Assembly (NCBI GenBank): GCA_028534125.1
Contig: CM052832.1
Location: 7,132,001-7,196,000 of the forward strand
Direction of reading: 5' to 3'
Source: Lama glama
Taxonomy: Eukaryota
DNA length: 64,000 bases
Within the stretch, counting starts at the first letter, position 1, and every line of letters starts with the position of its first letter. Made by a program: the position numbers and the translations under genes. Under the pieces are notes generated by a model. The model was given only the letters and a program-made list of their open reading frames with translations. It did no database searches and was not told where the DNA came from. Positions 13,775 through 25,133 of this stretch are shown here, in pieces.

Positions 13775-14202
13775 AGTTGAATAAAATGCAAAGTCTTCAC
13801 AACGGCTTCAGTGTTTCTGTGACCCAGTGCCTTTTCTGACCCCCACTCCCCACACTGGCTGCCCCCCATCACCACGAAACTCACCGGCCCTTTAGCTTGC
13901 TGTTCCCTGTGTTCGGAATATTCTCCCCAGATAGCCACGTGGCTGGCTCCCTCACTGCTCTTAGTTCTCAGCCCCCAAGTAACCTGATCTGGGAACCCTC
14001 TCTGATCCTATCATTTACAAGGGCACCCTGCCTTCCTCCTGACTCTGCTCTATTTTTTTTCATAGCTCCTAGCACTGTCTTACCTATTGATATGAAAACG
14101 GGGGCTTTTTCTCATTCTCTGATGATCATTGTTGTATCCACAAGCAGTGCATGACACAGAGTAAGCAATTGATAGCAATTTCCTGAATGGATGTATGAGT
14201 GA
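13775..14202 (+). mobile_element. L2a-like LINE 3' region
   Basis: 'aaaatgcaaagtcttcac', 'gctgttccctgtgttcggaatattctccccagatagccacgtggctggctccctcact' and terminal 'tgaatggatgtatgagtga'. Confidence 0.8.
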
Positions 14203-14399
14203 CCTGGTTGAGTGGGTGGCTGATTGAACGGCGTTGCAATAAGGTGGCAGAGCCCTTGATTCTTCTAAAGAAAAGCTACACGAACGTCACCTTCCACATT
14301 TTTTCACAGAAGAGCATAAAATAGAAAATTTAGTCAAGATTGCCATCTGTTTGTATTCTTCTTGAGTCCCCAGAACCTGAATTCTTCTTTCAACTCGCT

Positions 14400-14620
14400 G
14401 AGTGTTGAAGAGACCTAGGTTTGTAAGTGAGCAGTGGGTCTCTGCACTGATTCACTCTTCCAGGTACATGATCTTGGACAAGACACGTGACATCCCTGAA
14501 TCTGAATTTCCTCGTTTGTAAAGTAAAGCTACAGATAACATCTTCTTCAGAGGGCGGTGGCTGGTGAGAATCCGGTGAGCTGCTGCGTGCAGAAGGGCTT
14601 AGAGTTGTAAAGCGCACTGT
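14400..14620 (+). mobile_element. MIR SINE
   Basis: 'gatcttggacaagacacgtgacatccctgaatctgaatttcctcgtttgtaaagt...gtaaagcgcact'. Confidence 0.75.
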
Positions 14621-14744
14621 CCGTGGGGGTGGTAGGTGCTAATGTTACACTGTAAAATATAGAAGGTCACCTCTTCTCGAAAATCTGCTATTTGATGAGT
14701 GGGAAGGAGGGAGGGGCTGCAGCCAGGACTCTCTCTAGAGACAT

Positions 14745-14960
14745 GTTTTCTAAAACTCTGGGTCTTCACTCATTGGTGGTCATGAAATCAGTTTAAGAGA
14801 TTGAAACAAAATTTGTATGCAGTAAATGAGAGAAGGATAGAAACCATCAGAGTATTTCATAAAACTTGTATTTCCATTTTGTAGATGTGTTTGTAATGTC
14901 ACGATACAAAATAAATTTTTCGCTCTGGGTCACAGTTAAAAGAGGCTGAAAATGACTGAT
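14745..14960 (+). mobile_element. MER103C-like hAT-Charlie element
   Basis: 'ctgggtcttcactcattggtggtcatgaaatcagttta...atcagagt...tgggtcacagttaaaagaggctgaaaatgactg'. Confidence 0.7.
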
Positions 14961-15059
14961 TTAGAAGAGTCTAGGCTAGTTCTGATTTGAGGTGATCAAG
15001 GCAGGCCTGAATTGCTGTGGGGGCTTTGAGAGAAAGAATAACAGAAACAATAACAACTA

Positions 15060-15200
15060 TTATTATGACCTTACATAATCTTCACACTAACCCTGTCGGG
15101 TCGGCTTCACTGTGTTATTCTGGTTTTTCAGAGACTGAACAGTAGATCTTAAGTCACACAGTGAATAAGTGGGAGAGCCTGGTTCCTACACGAGTTGTGT
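15060..15200 (-). mobile_element. MIR SINE fragment
   Basis: 'taatcttcacactaaccctg...cttaagtcacacagtgaataagtgggagagcctgg'. Confidence 0.6.
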
Positions 15201-15299
15201 TCTTGGTTTCTCTGTCTACTCCAGATTCACTTCTACAGCTGGGCTACCTGCCTCATCGCTACAGGGACTGAGGGAGGGGGAACACTCAGGAAACACAGG

Positions 15300-15500
15300 G
15301 GCAGCGTTGACCCTAGGGCTTCAGTCTTGAATGGCTGGGAGAACGCTGGCACCACTGTCCAAAATGGATGCATCAACAGAAAAGATCAGTTTGGGAGGAG
15401 AGTGGGAAAAACCTGAGTTCCAAGTGATGGAGGCACACCCAAGTGTCTAATTTTCAAGTCAAAAGAGAACTTCAAGCCCTTGGTAGAGATCACTGGGATT
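15300..15500 (-). mobile_element. L2 fragment
   Basis: 'cagtcttgaatggctgggagaacgctggcaccactgtccaaaatgg...cagtttggga...gagatcactgggatttggg'. Confidence 0.5.
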
Positions 15501-16239
15501 TGGGTTTGCACATCTTCGGGTCAGAGCCAGCACCTGTCCTCTCCTTGCAAAGGAGCCCCTCCTGGCCCCCGGAGGGGCTGACTAGCCCTTGGGGACAGTG
15601 CGCTGGCCTCATCACGGTGCCCACATCCTAGTCACACCTTTGAATTCTGAGGAACCACCAGCCCTTCCCTGTATGCACACCTTCTCGCCCCCTCTAAACT
15701 GCAGCCCTCCACTCAGAGGCCAGAGGACGTGCTAGAGACATTTCCTCTTCCGCAGCTTCAGTCTGTTGAGGGCCTCTCAAACCTCCCTTAATTCCATCCC
15801 CCTGCAGGTTGAGAAGCAGTCACCGAACCTCTCACTTGCTTCTACGATCAGCCCTTCTGCATAGCTCACCCAGCTGTCCCTGGCTGCAGTATGACTCTGT
15901 TGTTTTCAGACAGGCTGTGTAGCCCTCCAAAAAAACAATGACCAAGGCCAACCATAGGTTAAGTATCGAAACTGAAAGTCAACCTCAGGCCAAAAGCAAA
16001 AATGCAGGCTCATGTATCAACAAGGCATCAACAACATGTAACAAACATTTTTAAAAAAAAATACTGCACCAACATAGGTGTGAAGCAAACTAAGCTAGTG
16101 GATGACTCTGAGCGGCTCTCAGAGGTGAGGTATGTGATTAAGGCCATGGGATGTGTAGTCAGAAAAACCAACAACCACGACAAAATACGTAAATGGCTAA
16201 GCTGTGAACCTAGGCCCTTCCTAACATTTACGATGAGCC

Positions 16240-16718
16240 TGTCGGGGACACTAATTAACAGTCCTCCTAGCAATGGCGTGTCCTGGTTCCCAGAACCTGT
16301 GAATGTTCCCTTATACGGCAAAAATGACTTCGCAGATGTTAAAAGACTCTTGAGATGAAGATATTATCTTGGGTTACCCAGTGGGTCCTAAATATAATCA
16401 CAAGTGTCCTTATAAAGAGAGAGGCTGAGAGAGATTTGACACACACGGAAGAGGAGAAGGCAGTGTGACCACAGAGCAGAAGTTGGAGGGATGTGGTTAA
16501 AGCCAAGGAATGTTGGCAGCCACCAGCAGCTAAAGAGGCAAGAAACAGGTCTGCCCTCCAGCCTCCGGAGAGAGTGGGGCCCCGCGCACACCGTGACTTC
16601 AGCCCAGCAATACGGATTTCAGACGCCTGGCCCCCAGAACTGTGGCAGACTACCTTGCTGTTGTTTAAGCCACTAAATCTGTGATAATTCTTTACAGCCA
16701 TCATAGGAAACGCATGCA
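16240..16718 (+). mobile_element. MLT1C/D-like ERVL-MaLR solo LTR
   Basis: TG...CA ends; 'cccagaacctgtgaatgtt...ggcaaaaatgacttcgcagatg', 'aatcacaagtgtccttataa', 'gttgtttaagccactaaatctgtgataatt...ataggaaac'. Confidence 0.9.
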
Positions 16719-16901
16719 GTCTGGAACACAAAAAGTTGGGAAAACACCTAGCACAACAAATGGTCCATGATAGACACCCAATAAATGTTTGTTTCTTACA
16801 TGCATGTCTTTCTCCAACCCTCCTTCCTTCATGTGCTTTCTCTGTTCTTATCCTCCTTTTAAAAAAATATATCCAGTCTGTAAGGCACAGAAAAAGGAGA
16901 G

Positions 16902-16986
16902 TGGGGGAGAGGATATAGCTCAGTGGTAGAGTGTGCGCTTAGCATACACAAGGTCCTGGGTTCAGTCCCCAGTACCACCATTAAAA

Positions 16987-17041
<55 letters not shown>

Positions 17042-17131
17042 ATAGATAGATAGATAGGTATATCTAATTACCTCCCCCGATCAAAAATAAAAGTCATATT
17101 TGACTTTAAATTATTTTAAAGAAAGAAAGAA
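16902..17131 (+). mobile_element. Camelid Vic-1-like SINE with expanded internal microsatellite
   Basis: 'ggggagaggatatagctcagtggtagag...cttagcatacacaaggtcctgggttcagtccccagtacc', then 'ctaattacctcccc' and an A-rich tail; TSD agaaaaaggag at 16889-16899 and 17132-17142. Confidence 0.93.
16987..17054. repeat. Compound microsatellite (TAAA)14(TAGA)3
   Basis: Counted directly. Confidence 0.97.
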
Positions 17132-17142
17132 AGAAAAAGGAG

Positions 17143-17295
17143 CACATACTTTGGAACCTTAGCTCAAATTCCACCACTACTCATTAGCCGAGCTCAGGCT
17201 AGTCAAGTAACCTCCCTCAGCTTTCACATCTGCAAAATGGGGATAACACCACTTACTATGTAGTGTTCCTGTGAAAAGCAAAGGTGATGGTGCAC
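17143..17295 (+). mobile_element. MIR SINE
   Basis: 'tcaaattccaccactactcattagc...cctcagctttcacatctgcaaaatggggataacaccacttac'. Confidence 0.8.
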
Positions 17296-18929
17296 ATCAG
17301 TCTTTATGCGGTTCGTTTACATCATGCACCCATTTATCTTGCAATTTCAACTTTCCATATTTGGGGAAAAACGAAAATGAGAGAAAGATAGTAATAGCAG
17401 AAAATGGCTATTTAAATTGTGCTAGTAATTAAGCCTGACGCTCTCTCCTATCGTCATTTGCCACAGAGAGCACCTGTGATGAAGGGTGTGCATCTACTCT
17501 TCCTTCTGTGGCGTCTGGCCTCCAGTGCTCCTGCTGAGCGCATGTTCTGAGTACAAACCCAACATTTATAGAGCATGGTCCCTAAACACAGGTGCACTTC
17601 CTCACCTGCCTAAGTCAAACAGTATGATCCAGCATAGAAGGAAAAATCACCAGCATGCCTGCCACTCTCCAATGTGGTGACTTCCTGTGGATTTTCAACA
17701 ATAGTATTAGCATGCGTGGTGTACATCTTAGAGCCCACTTGAGAACGTGGACCCAGGTGAGATGTGACCTTGCTATACTGACTACTCATCATCCTCCCGC
17801 ACAGGTATGCCCTCGGCTGGCCAGCCCTCTCCTTCCATCCCCCGACTAAACCGACCGTCACGGACACCAAGGGCTACTAGCTTACTGGTCTTCCGGCCAC
17901 ACTGTAGTTCTGAAACAATTATCCTGTTTGTCTCTTATCTCCATTACATAATTTCAGTGCAAAGTTGCAAAGAGACACAAAGACTTCCCAAAGTTGGGGG
18001 AATGTAGAAAGCACTAAAAAGTCATGAGACTCATCAAACACCAAGTTACGGCTCCTTGACCTCAGCAGCTCCCTCCAAGAAGTACATATTTATAGAACAC
18101 TGGTCTTTCTACAGCATCTCCCGCTTCAAAAGCGATGTTTTGGTTTTTTTTTTTCAGTTGCAGCAGAACTTACTGCTAAACAACCACGTCTGTGTCAGAT
18201 AGCTTTTGGGGAGATTATAAAACAGATCAGCAGCTCTGCTAGAGTCATAACATAGTAAAAACCTAGTCATACCACTGAAAAAAGAAAACCTGAAATTTAC
18301 TGGACCTGCCTTAAAATGGGAGTCTCTCAGGGGGGGAAAAAGTCTCTGGCTTCTTTAAATATCTCCCTGTATTTAATTTCACTGAAAACCACGCTTTTGG
18401 CCCCAACTGTGCCAGCGGCCTTCTCATTACCTCCAACAATTTACATGGCATCTTTTTTGAACTCTGAATTCCCGGACAGAGTTGAGGGTGGTGCAGCGAA
18501 TTAGTGAATCATAAAAATTAGAGCTGGAAAAGGCCTCTGGGGTCAGAAGGGTTATCCTCTGCCAATTCTAGATGGTTCTCTGCGGTTTATTCCTGTGAGC
18601 TTTGTTCAAACTGGTTTTAAGTCAATAGTACATCCCACAGGGAGGAGGGAGAAGAACAACAACAAAATGTCCCTTGCCCACCCGTTCCCCCAGCCAGCCC
18701 GACCCAGGGGAGGGAGCCCGGGGCCACCAGGAGAGCAGGGTGGATGTGAGTCGTGGATGTGAGGGCTGGGGGCGACTTCAGAGGGCTTCTAGGCCAACAT
18801 CAGATTTCACAAATAAGGAAGAGTGAGGTCCGAGGAGTTTAACGCCCAAGCCGTAAGGATTACAGGAGACCCACGACGAGGAGCGCACGTCACAGGTCCT
18901 GGACAAATGCTGCTTCTGTTTCCTTCATC

Positions 18930-19075
18930 AGAACATCTTGTGCCTTGTATTTGAGAGGCTGCATGCACGCATTAGATCGTGGCTGGTGAGCTCCTTGAGG
19001 GCCGAGCCTGTTTATTTCTATATCTCCCACGGTGTCTAGGTCAGGCCTTGCACATAAAGGATGGCTTAGTGAGTG
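18930..19075 (+). mobile_element. L2 3' fragment
   Basis: 'tgagctccttgagggccgagcctgtttatttctatatctcccacggtgtctaggtcaggccttgcacataa'. Confidence 0.7.
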
Positions 19076-20439
19076 CTGGTCCTGTGGAGGTGAGTTACCA
19101 CAGAAATGGCCTTTCATCTCACAATCTTGCACCCACGTGTGTCCCTGTTCCATCCTCCAGCCCCAAGAACAGTGGGTGCACCGCTGGGCCCGACATGCAC
19201 CGAACTCTCTATGGACGACACCTGAAATGAACTGGGCTGCTGTGGGAGGTGTGTCAGGCAAAGATGCGAACCACGCAGAGGCATAAAGAGGGGTCTCAGG
19301 CACCCAATTTAGGTTTAGAGTATTGACCTCTGGGGTCCCATCCCGCCTTCAAGCTTCTATGATATAAAAGAGCTTTATTTCCAAATGCACATAAGGTTCC
19401 AACTAGTTGAATCCCTTAAAAGTCAAAGCCCTCTCAAGACAGCTCTCCCTCGTCTTTCACCCTCATAAATCAAAGACGTCAAAATAGGGGTCCAACTGTG
19501 GGCCTGGGGAAAGAGTGGTCCTCAAAGCTTTCTCCCAAATGTACCCCTTAATCTAGCTTAGAGACACTTCAAAAGTTATCCTCTAATACACTTTTTAAAA
19601 CCTCATTTAACATAGTCTACAGTGGAATTAGTTCCGTGAGCTAGTCTGGCAGAGAAATGAACTCGCATCACATCCGTATTCATTATCAACATCCCGTTTG
19701 TCATCTGTGACGATGAATGGGGGCTCTCAGGTGGGAGGAAGGGCACTTCAACGGAAACACTCCGGGCTTTACAGAGACCTGTCTGCAGCCTTCCTGTTTC
19801 GCCTCCTTTTAATTGATTCGTCCCCCAACGCTGGGCAGCCAAGGAGACTCAGCCAACTGCAGCCGAAACCCTCTCATGCTTAATATCCCTCTCCCCACTC
19901 ACAGCACCTAAATAAGCCTTGGAAGACATGTAAACATTCTTATGTGTTGTCTTGAAAATTAACCTAATTAAAACTGGGAGTGTCACTATAGAAAAGTTAG
20001 AAAAGGCAGGTAAACAAAAGGAAAACTCTCACCTCCTGGAGAGAATTGCTATGACCATCTGGGACGTAGGCTTTCTGGCTTCCTTCCTCTGTCTTTGTCT
20101 TCTAGAGCAATGGGAATGAGGGTAGTTAAAGAATAACTTTATTACCAAGCCTCCACTGATAGTCGGCTGTAACTTCAAGCTCAGCGTCACTCTTGGACAC
20201 ATGGAAAAGCCAAGAGTAGGAGTGTGTGGAAGAAACGTGCAGAAATGATACAGGCTGTTTCAAGCCAAACAAACATCCTCTTCCTCTTGGGAGTGGGAGA
20301 GGGAAAAGGGGCAGGGTTGGCCTTTTGATCTAAATTATTTAGACTTCCAATCATTGTAATCAGAGCTACCACTTACTGAACGTGTATAATGTGCCAAGCA
20401 TCCTTCATCTCACTGAGTTGACATCTTCTAGAGGCCCCC

Positions 20440-20815
20440 CAGGGGTGTGTTGGTAAAGTTTCAACAACTGGCAGATTTGGGGGTAGAGCTCTGGCTTGTG
20501 GCACTTGCCATCTTCTGTGGTGTAAGTGCCCCTACTGACTTCAAGCTATGACTCAGAGTTGGAAAGAGACACTGGGGAACACAGCATCACATCGTGTTTC
20601 TGCCGTGCAAACCCAAGTCAGAAGAGATGAGCGCAAAGCAGTCGCATAATTAGGAAGTGGTGAGTGTTGTGTGCTGTGTATTTATTACTTATGTTTTTAA
20701 CAGAGCTTATTCAATGGAAAGTTTATATGGCTTAATTTTTACTAATGGCTGTGTTTAACAACTGGCTTGCAAAATTCCTGAAAAGTAATAGATCGGTGCT
20801 CGCGAGCCTGCACGC
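20440..20815 (-). mobile_element. MER63(B-like) hAT-Blackjack element
   Basis: Terminus 'caggggtgtgttggtaaagtttcaacaactggc'; internal 'aatggctgtgtttaacaactggcttgcaaaattcctgaaaa...ctcgcgagcc'. Confidence 0.75.
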
Positions 20816-21083
20816 CACAGAAACTTCCCCAACCCTTCATCTTGCGTGTAAATAGGACCTGATTCATGAGCTTTTGCTTGACCTGGATTTAGGTTTTGTT
20901 TTTATATTTTCCACCCCCAAGATGTTCTTCTCCTCCCCTCTCCTCTTCTGATCTCATCTTCTGGCAACAGGAGATATTGGGACGGGGAATGGAAGCTAGT
21001 TTCCAGAGGGAAGAGCTTTTCCATGGAATAAAGATGTGCGACAGGGAGATCATTAAAGCAAGAAATGTAAGATATGTTCAAAA

Positions 21084-21398
21084 GCCACGCTTTCCAACAT
21101 GGTAGCCAAGAGCCGCGTGTGGCTCCTGACTGTTTGAAATTTTCATAGTTTGAATGGAGATGTTCTAGAATTGTAAAACACACACCAGATTTTGAAGACT
21201 TGGGTCAAAAATAGGTAAAACATTTCGTTGAGAATTTCATGTTGTGTATATGTTGGATGATAATATTTTATCTATGTTGAGTTAAATATATGATATTGTA
21301 AAATTAATTTCACCCATTTCTTTTTACTTTTTAAAAGACATCTACTAGAAAATTTTAAGGGACATGTGTAGCTTGCATTACGTTTCTGTGGGACACTG
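21084..21398 (-). mobile_element. MER33-like hAT-Charlie MITE
   Basis: 'tccaacatggtagcc...tgtggct', 'gtaaaacacacaccagattttgaagactt', 'aaaattaatttcacccatttctttttactttt...ctactagaaaattttaa'. Confidence 0.85.
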
Positions 21399-21779
21399 GG
21401 AATCAAGGATAAGCTTTGCTGAAGGTTATTTTGATATTTAGCCCTAAATTTCATAATCTGGAGGCATGGTCTATGAAACCTGCTGACTTGGGGAGAAGGC
21501 TGATTACCTTAGAATCTTTCAGGAACCTGGGCTGCCCCTGACTCATTTAGTGCCAACAAGTAGGTGCAGTGGGAACAAGAGCCGATACCAATAGCACACT
21601 GCAGTGCCTTGACCCCATCTGACTTCCTTACTGTATTACAGTCCCCCAGCCCAGCAACATTCAACTGGATCTATTGAGGAAGCTCCAAAAATACCTGGAG
21701 TCAGGTTATATCCCCAAGCAGTTCTTAAACACCTGGCATGTGCCAGCCCTGAGCAGGAGCTGTAACAGAGTTGGGTCCA

Positions 21780-22600
21780 GGAGTACAGAAGAAGCAGACC
21801 GACAGACATACGACCCATTGATTTCTGACATAGGTGCAAAGGCATTTCAGGAGAGAAAGGAAATTCTTTTCAATAAATGTTGCTGGAATACTTAGCTATT
21901 CATATGCCCCTCAAAATGTACCTTTATCCATAGGTCACACCACATACAAAAATTAACTCAAAATGGAATATGAAAACGAATATATGTATGTATATGCATG
22001 ACTGGGACACTGCTGTACACCAGAAATTGACACATTGTAACTGACTATACTTCAATTAAAAAAAAAAAACTCAAAATGGACCATAGACATAAAACCTAAA
22101 ACTATAAAAGCTTTTGAAGAAAACATGGGGGAAAATATTTGCAACCTTGAGTGAGGCAAAGATTTCTTAGATATGACACTACAAATACAACCGTAAACAA
22201 AAAATGTATATAAATTGAACCTCATCAAGATGAAGGACTTCTGCTCTTCAAAAGACACAATTAAGAAAATGGAAAAGACAAGCCACAGATGGGGAGAAAA
22301 CATTTGCAAATCCTATATCTAACAAAAGACGTATCTAGAATATGTATAGAACTCTCAAAACTCAATAGTAACAAGGCAAGCAACCCAATACAAAAATGGG
22401 CAAATGATTTGAACAGACACTTCAGCAAAGAAGATAATACAGATGAAGGGGTGCTTAACCTCATTAGGAAAATGCAAAAATTAAAACCACAGTGAGATAT
22501 CACTAACCACTACATACCTGTTATCATGTCTAAAACAAAAAGGCTGACCATAACAAGTGTTGGCCAGAATATGGAACCACTGGGACTCTCATACAGTGCT
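21780..22600 (+). mobile_element. Old L1 (L1M) ORF2 3' fragment, degenerate
   Basis: Translations 'LIFDKGAK'-like '...EILFNKCCWNT' and '[19 protein letters not shown]' match the L1 ORF2 C-terminal region; stops and frameshifts present. Confidence 0.92.
21968..22067 (+). mobile_element. Young 5'-truncated L1 3'UTR inserted in the older L1
   Basis: 'gctgtacaccagaaattgacacattgtaactgactatacttcaatt' plus poly(A); perfect 13-bp TSD aactcaaaatgga at 21955-21967 and 22068-22080. Confidence 0.92.
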
Positions 22601-23599
22601 GGGCCTGGGTCGTAAGGGACCAGATCCTAAAAGGAATCAATCTTGTCTACATGTTAGGATTCTTAGCAGAGAATTAACTGCGGCAACAGAACCAAGCCCA
22701 GGGCCAGCCCCTAGCAGCCTTCCCTTCCCTCAGGCACCTTCTCCCGCCCCGTTCCGCCTGCACTCCCTCCCGCTACCTAGTCTGAGGGCCCTGTGGTGAG
22801 CTCTGTTCTCAGCTACTCCCATCGAGAAATTAGTGCCAGAAAATGTCTGTGTTGTTTCTCTCAACGGGACCTGCATTTTTTATTGATCTGTAGAGCAAAA
22901 GGACTTAAAAGGGTTCATTTCTAGAGGGGATATGTCAGATTTTATGGGGACTTGTGGGACCTTTCCATCACATGAGCAATCACCCTCACACCTTCTGCAG
23001 TCACGAATCAAGGGACCACTACTCTCCAGTTAGGGGACCTCTGGTAGAGAGGAGCTGAGCTAATCTCTTACCTCCCTTCAAATTGAACACTCAGGAAAGA
23101 GCAGGTGGTAGGAAAGCCCTGGAGTTTTCACTGCCTCTTGGCAACCCAAGCATGCTGGCCACCACCCAAGTTCCACCTGAGATGATGAGCTGCAGGCTAA
23201 GAAATGGGGAACAAACCCAATGTCCTATAGAGGACACCTCCTGCTGAGACGATGCCTGCCAAAGAGAGTCTTGGATTCTCCCTGGAACAGAATCCTTATT
23301 CCCTCCAGGTGACAGTGACGGGCCAAGTTATCTCCCAGTGGGGCTAGAGGATGAGCCGGGACCTTGACTCAGAGCCCCCTGCATTTTGAGTCGGCACAGG
23401 TCAGCCCTGCAAGCCAGCCCTCTGGAGTCTGACTCACCCAGGGCTGGCTGAGCCCCAAGTCAGAATCCAGGCAGAGACTCAAAACAACAATGTTGTTTCT
23501 AGAGTTTTTTCAAGTGCTCTTTAATTCTTTGGAAAACAACATAGGATCAGGAAATCTCAGCTGGAGGAACAGTAGAAGTATTCTAGCCTGACTACCTCC

Positions 23600-23705
23600 C
23601 TGACACATCAGTCTTGGCTCCATCATCCCTGTCTCATCTTCGTGTTCCCAGTGACAGAGTTCTATTTTAAAACAAGCTCTAATTGTTAGAAAGTTCTTCC
23701 TTATA
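23600..23705 (-). mobile_element. L3/CR1 LINE 3' fragment
   Basis: 'gctctaattgttagaaagttcttccttatat' is the reverse complement of the L3 motif 'aggaagaactttctaacaattagagc'. Confidence 0.65.
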
Positions 23706-23960
23706 TGTGCAGCTGTGAAAAAGAATGAGGAAGTTCTCTTTGTACTGATATGGAAAAATCTCCAAGATATACTATCAAGTGAAAGGAAAGACAAAAAAAC
23801 CCAAAAAACAAAAAAACAAAAAAGTGATGTTGAACAATGTGTACCAAACGCTAACTTTGGAATTTTTTTAAGTGAGAAAAATAAGAATTGATCTTCAGAT
23901 CTGCTCATATGTGCGTTAAGAAACTCTGAAGGAATATGCAAGAAACTGTAAAAAGAAAAA
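23706..23960 (+). mobile_element. L1ME-like 3' fragment
   Basis: 'tgcagctgtgaaaaagaatgagg...tgtactgatatggaaaaatctccaagatatactatcaagtgaaa'. Confidence 0.8.
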
Positions 23961-24019
23961 AAAAAAGCAGGGGAGAATGAAGCAGAGGTTAATGAGAGTA
24001 AAGAGAGCTAACAAGGATG

Positions 24020-24232
24020 TGGCATATACTGCATGCCGGGAGCTACTTTAAATGCTTTACGTCTGTGAACTCATTTCATCCTCACAACAACCCTGTATTA
24101 TTATCCTTGCTTTTCAGATGAGGCTGCCGTGGCTCAGAGAAGTTAAGTAACTTGCCTAACGTCACACAGCTAGGAAGCAGCAGGGATGGGATACAAATCC
24201 AGGCAGCATGGCTTCACAGACTGCTCTAACGC
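24020..24232 (-). mobile_element. MIR SINE (near full length)
   Basis: 'ctcatttcatcctcacaacaaccctg...cagatgagg...ggctcagagaagttaagtaacttgcctaacgtcacacagctag'. Confidence 0.9.
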
Positions 24233-24479
24233 CAGACAGTCCCTTCCAGAGTAGAAGGGGGAAGGGGAGGCTTTTCCCCATACCTTGTGTTTGTGTTTTC
24301 ACTTTTTGTTAGTTTGGTTGGTTGACTGGTTAGTTCGTTGACTGGTTAGTTTGTTTAACCACATGAACATATTATATAGTACTAAATAAAATTTTCTCTG
24401 GTTCCTACAAGGAGGCAAGGTTACAAGCTGGGGGTGGGGAAGAATTTGGAAAAAAAGGAAAAAAGAGAAAAAAGAAATG

Positions 24480-24990
24480 AAAATTCTTCCTCAAGCTGAG
24501 GAAAAAACCAAACCTGCTTTCCTGGAGCTTTTTGCTTTTTTGTCCTGGGTCGGTTCTCTGGGCAACTGCCAGGTCCTGCTAAATGGACCCTTTCCCAGGA
24601 ATGGAAAAGGACATTCTTGATTCTTTCTGCTGAATCCTAGATGCCCTGGGCTTTAACACCCGCCACCATGCTGGTTAGTCTTCTCCAAATCCACTCCAGA
24701 ATACCACTATCCTCTTACAAGTGAGGCTCCAGACAGAACCCAGCTCTCCAGCACTGGTCTGGCCAGTGATGGTCAACTCCCTTGTTTTGAGAACTACGTT
24801 TCTACTAATGCAGCCTGTGTTTACACTTGCTTTTTCGGACTCTTCATTTCTCTGCGGCAATTAACAAAAGCGTCCCCATCCCTGACTGGCACAGTTGTTT
24901 TCCAAGCCCAAGTCTAGGATGTTCAATCTCTTCCCATAAAACTTTGCCTTGTCAGTTTGTTTGACCCACTGGTTCACCCCACCTCAGTTG
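24480..24990 (-). mobile_element. L3/CR1 LINE ORF2 fragment
   Basis: ORF 24675-24860(-) 'KASVNTGCISRNVVLKTRE' aligns by eye with the CR1 RT C-terminal 'KAN.ILGCI.R.V.SR.RE'. Confidence 0.75.
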
Positions 24991-25114
24991 GATCCTGGCT
25001 CAGTTTCCCAGAATAGTTAAGATCTTTCCCCACCAGACAGGTTTTCATTTGGCAGATACGGAAAATTACTCCCAGAGAGGAGACTTGCCTCGTGCCTCCC
25101 CCAACTGTCTGGCT

Positions 25115-25133
25115 CTAGCGCCACCGACAGGCA
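25115..25133 (-). promoter_or_regulatory. CTCF-like motif (reverse)
   Basis: Reverse complement TGCCTGTCGGTGGCGCTAG; two mismatches to the core consensus; motif match only. Confidence 0.4.

Noticed and set aside
14612..14632. REST/RE1-like site (gcactgtccgtgg)
   Set aside because: Only one half-site matches and it sits at the end of a MIR
16902..16978. Possible tRNA gene (also at 8270, 41280 and 56540)
   Set aside because: These are tRNA-derived SINE heads with A-rich tails and TSDs, not intact cloverleaf tRNA genes
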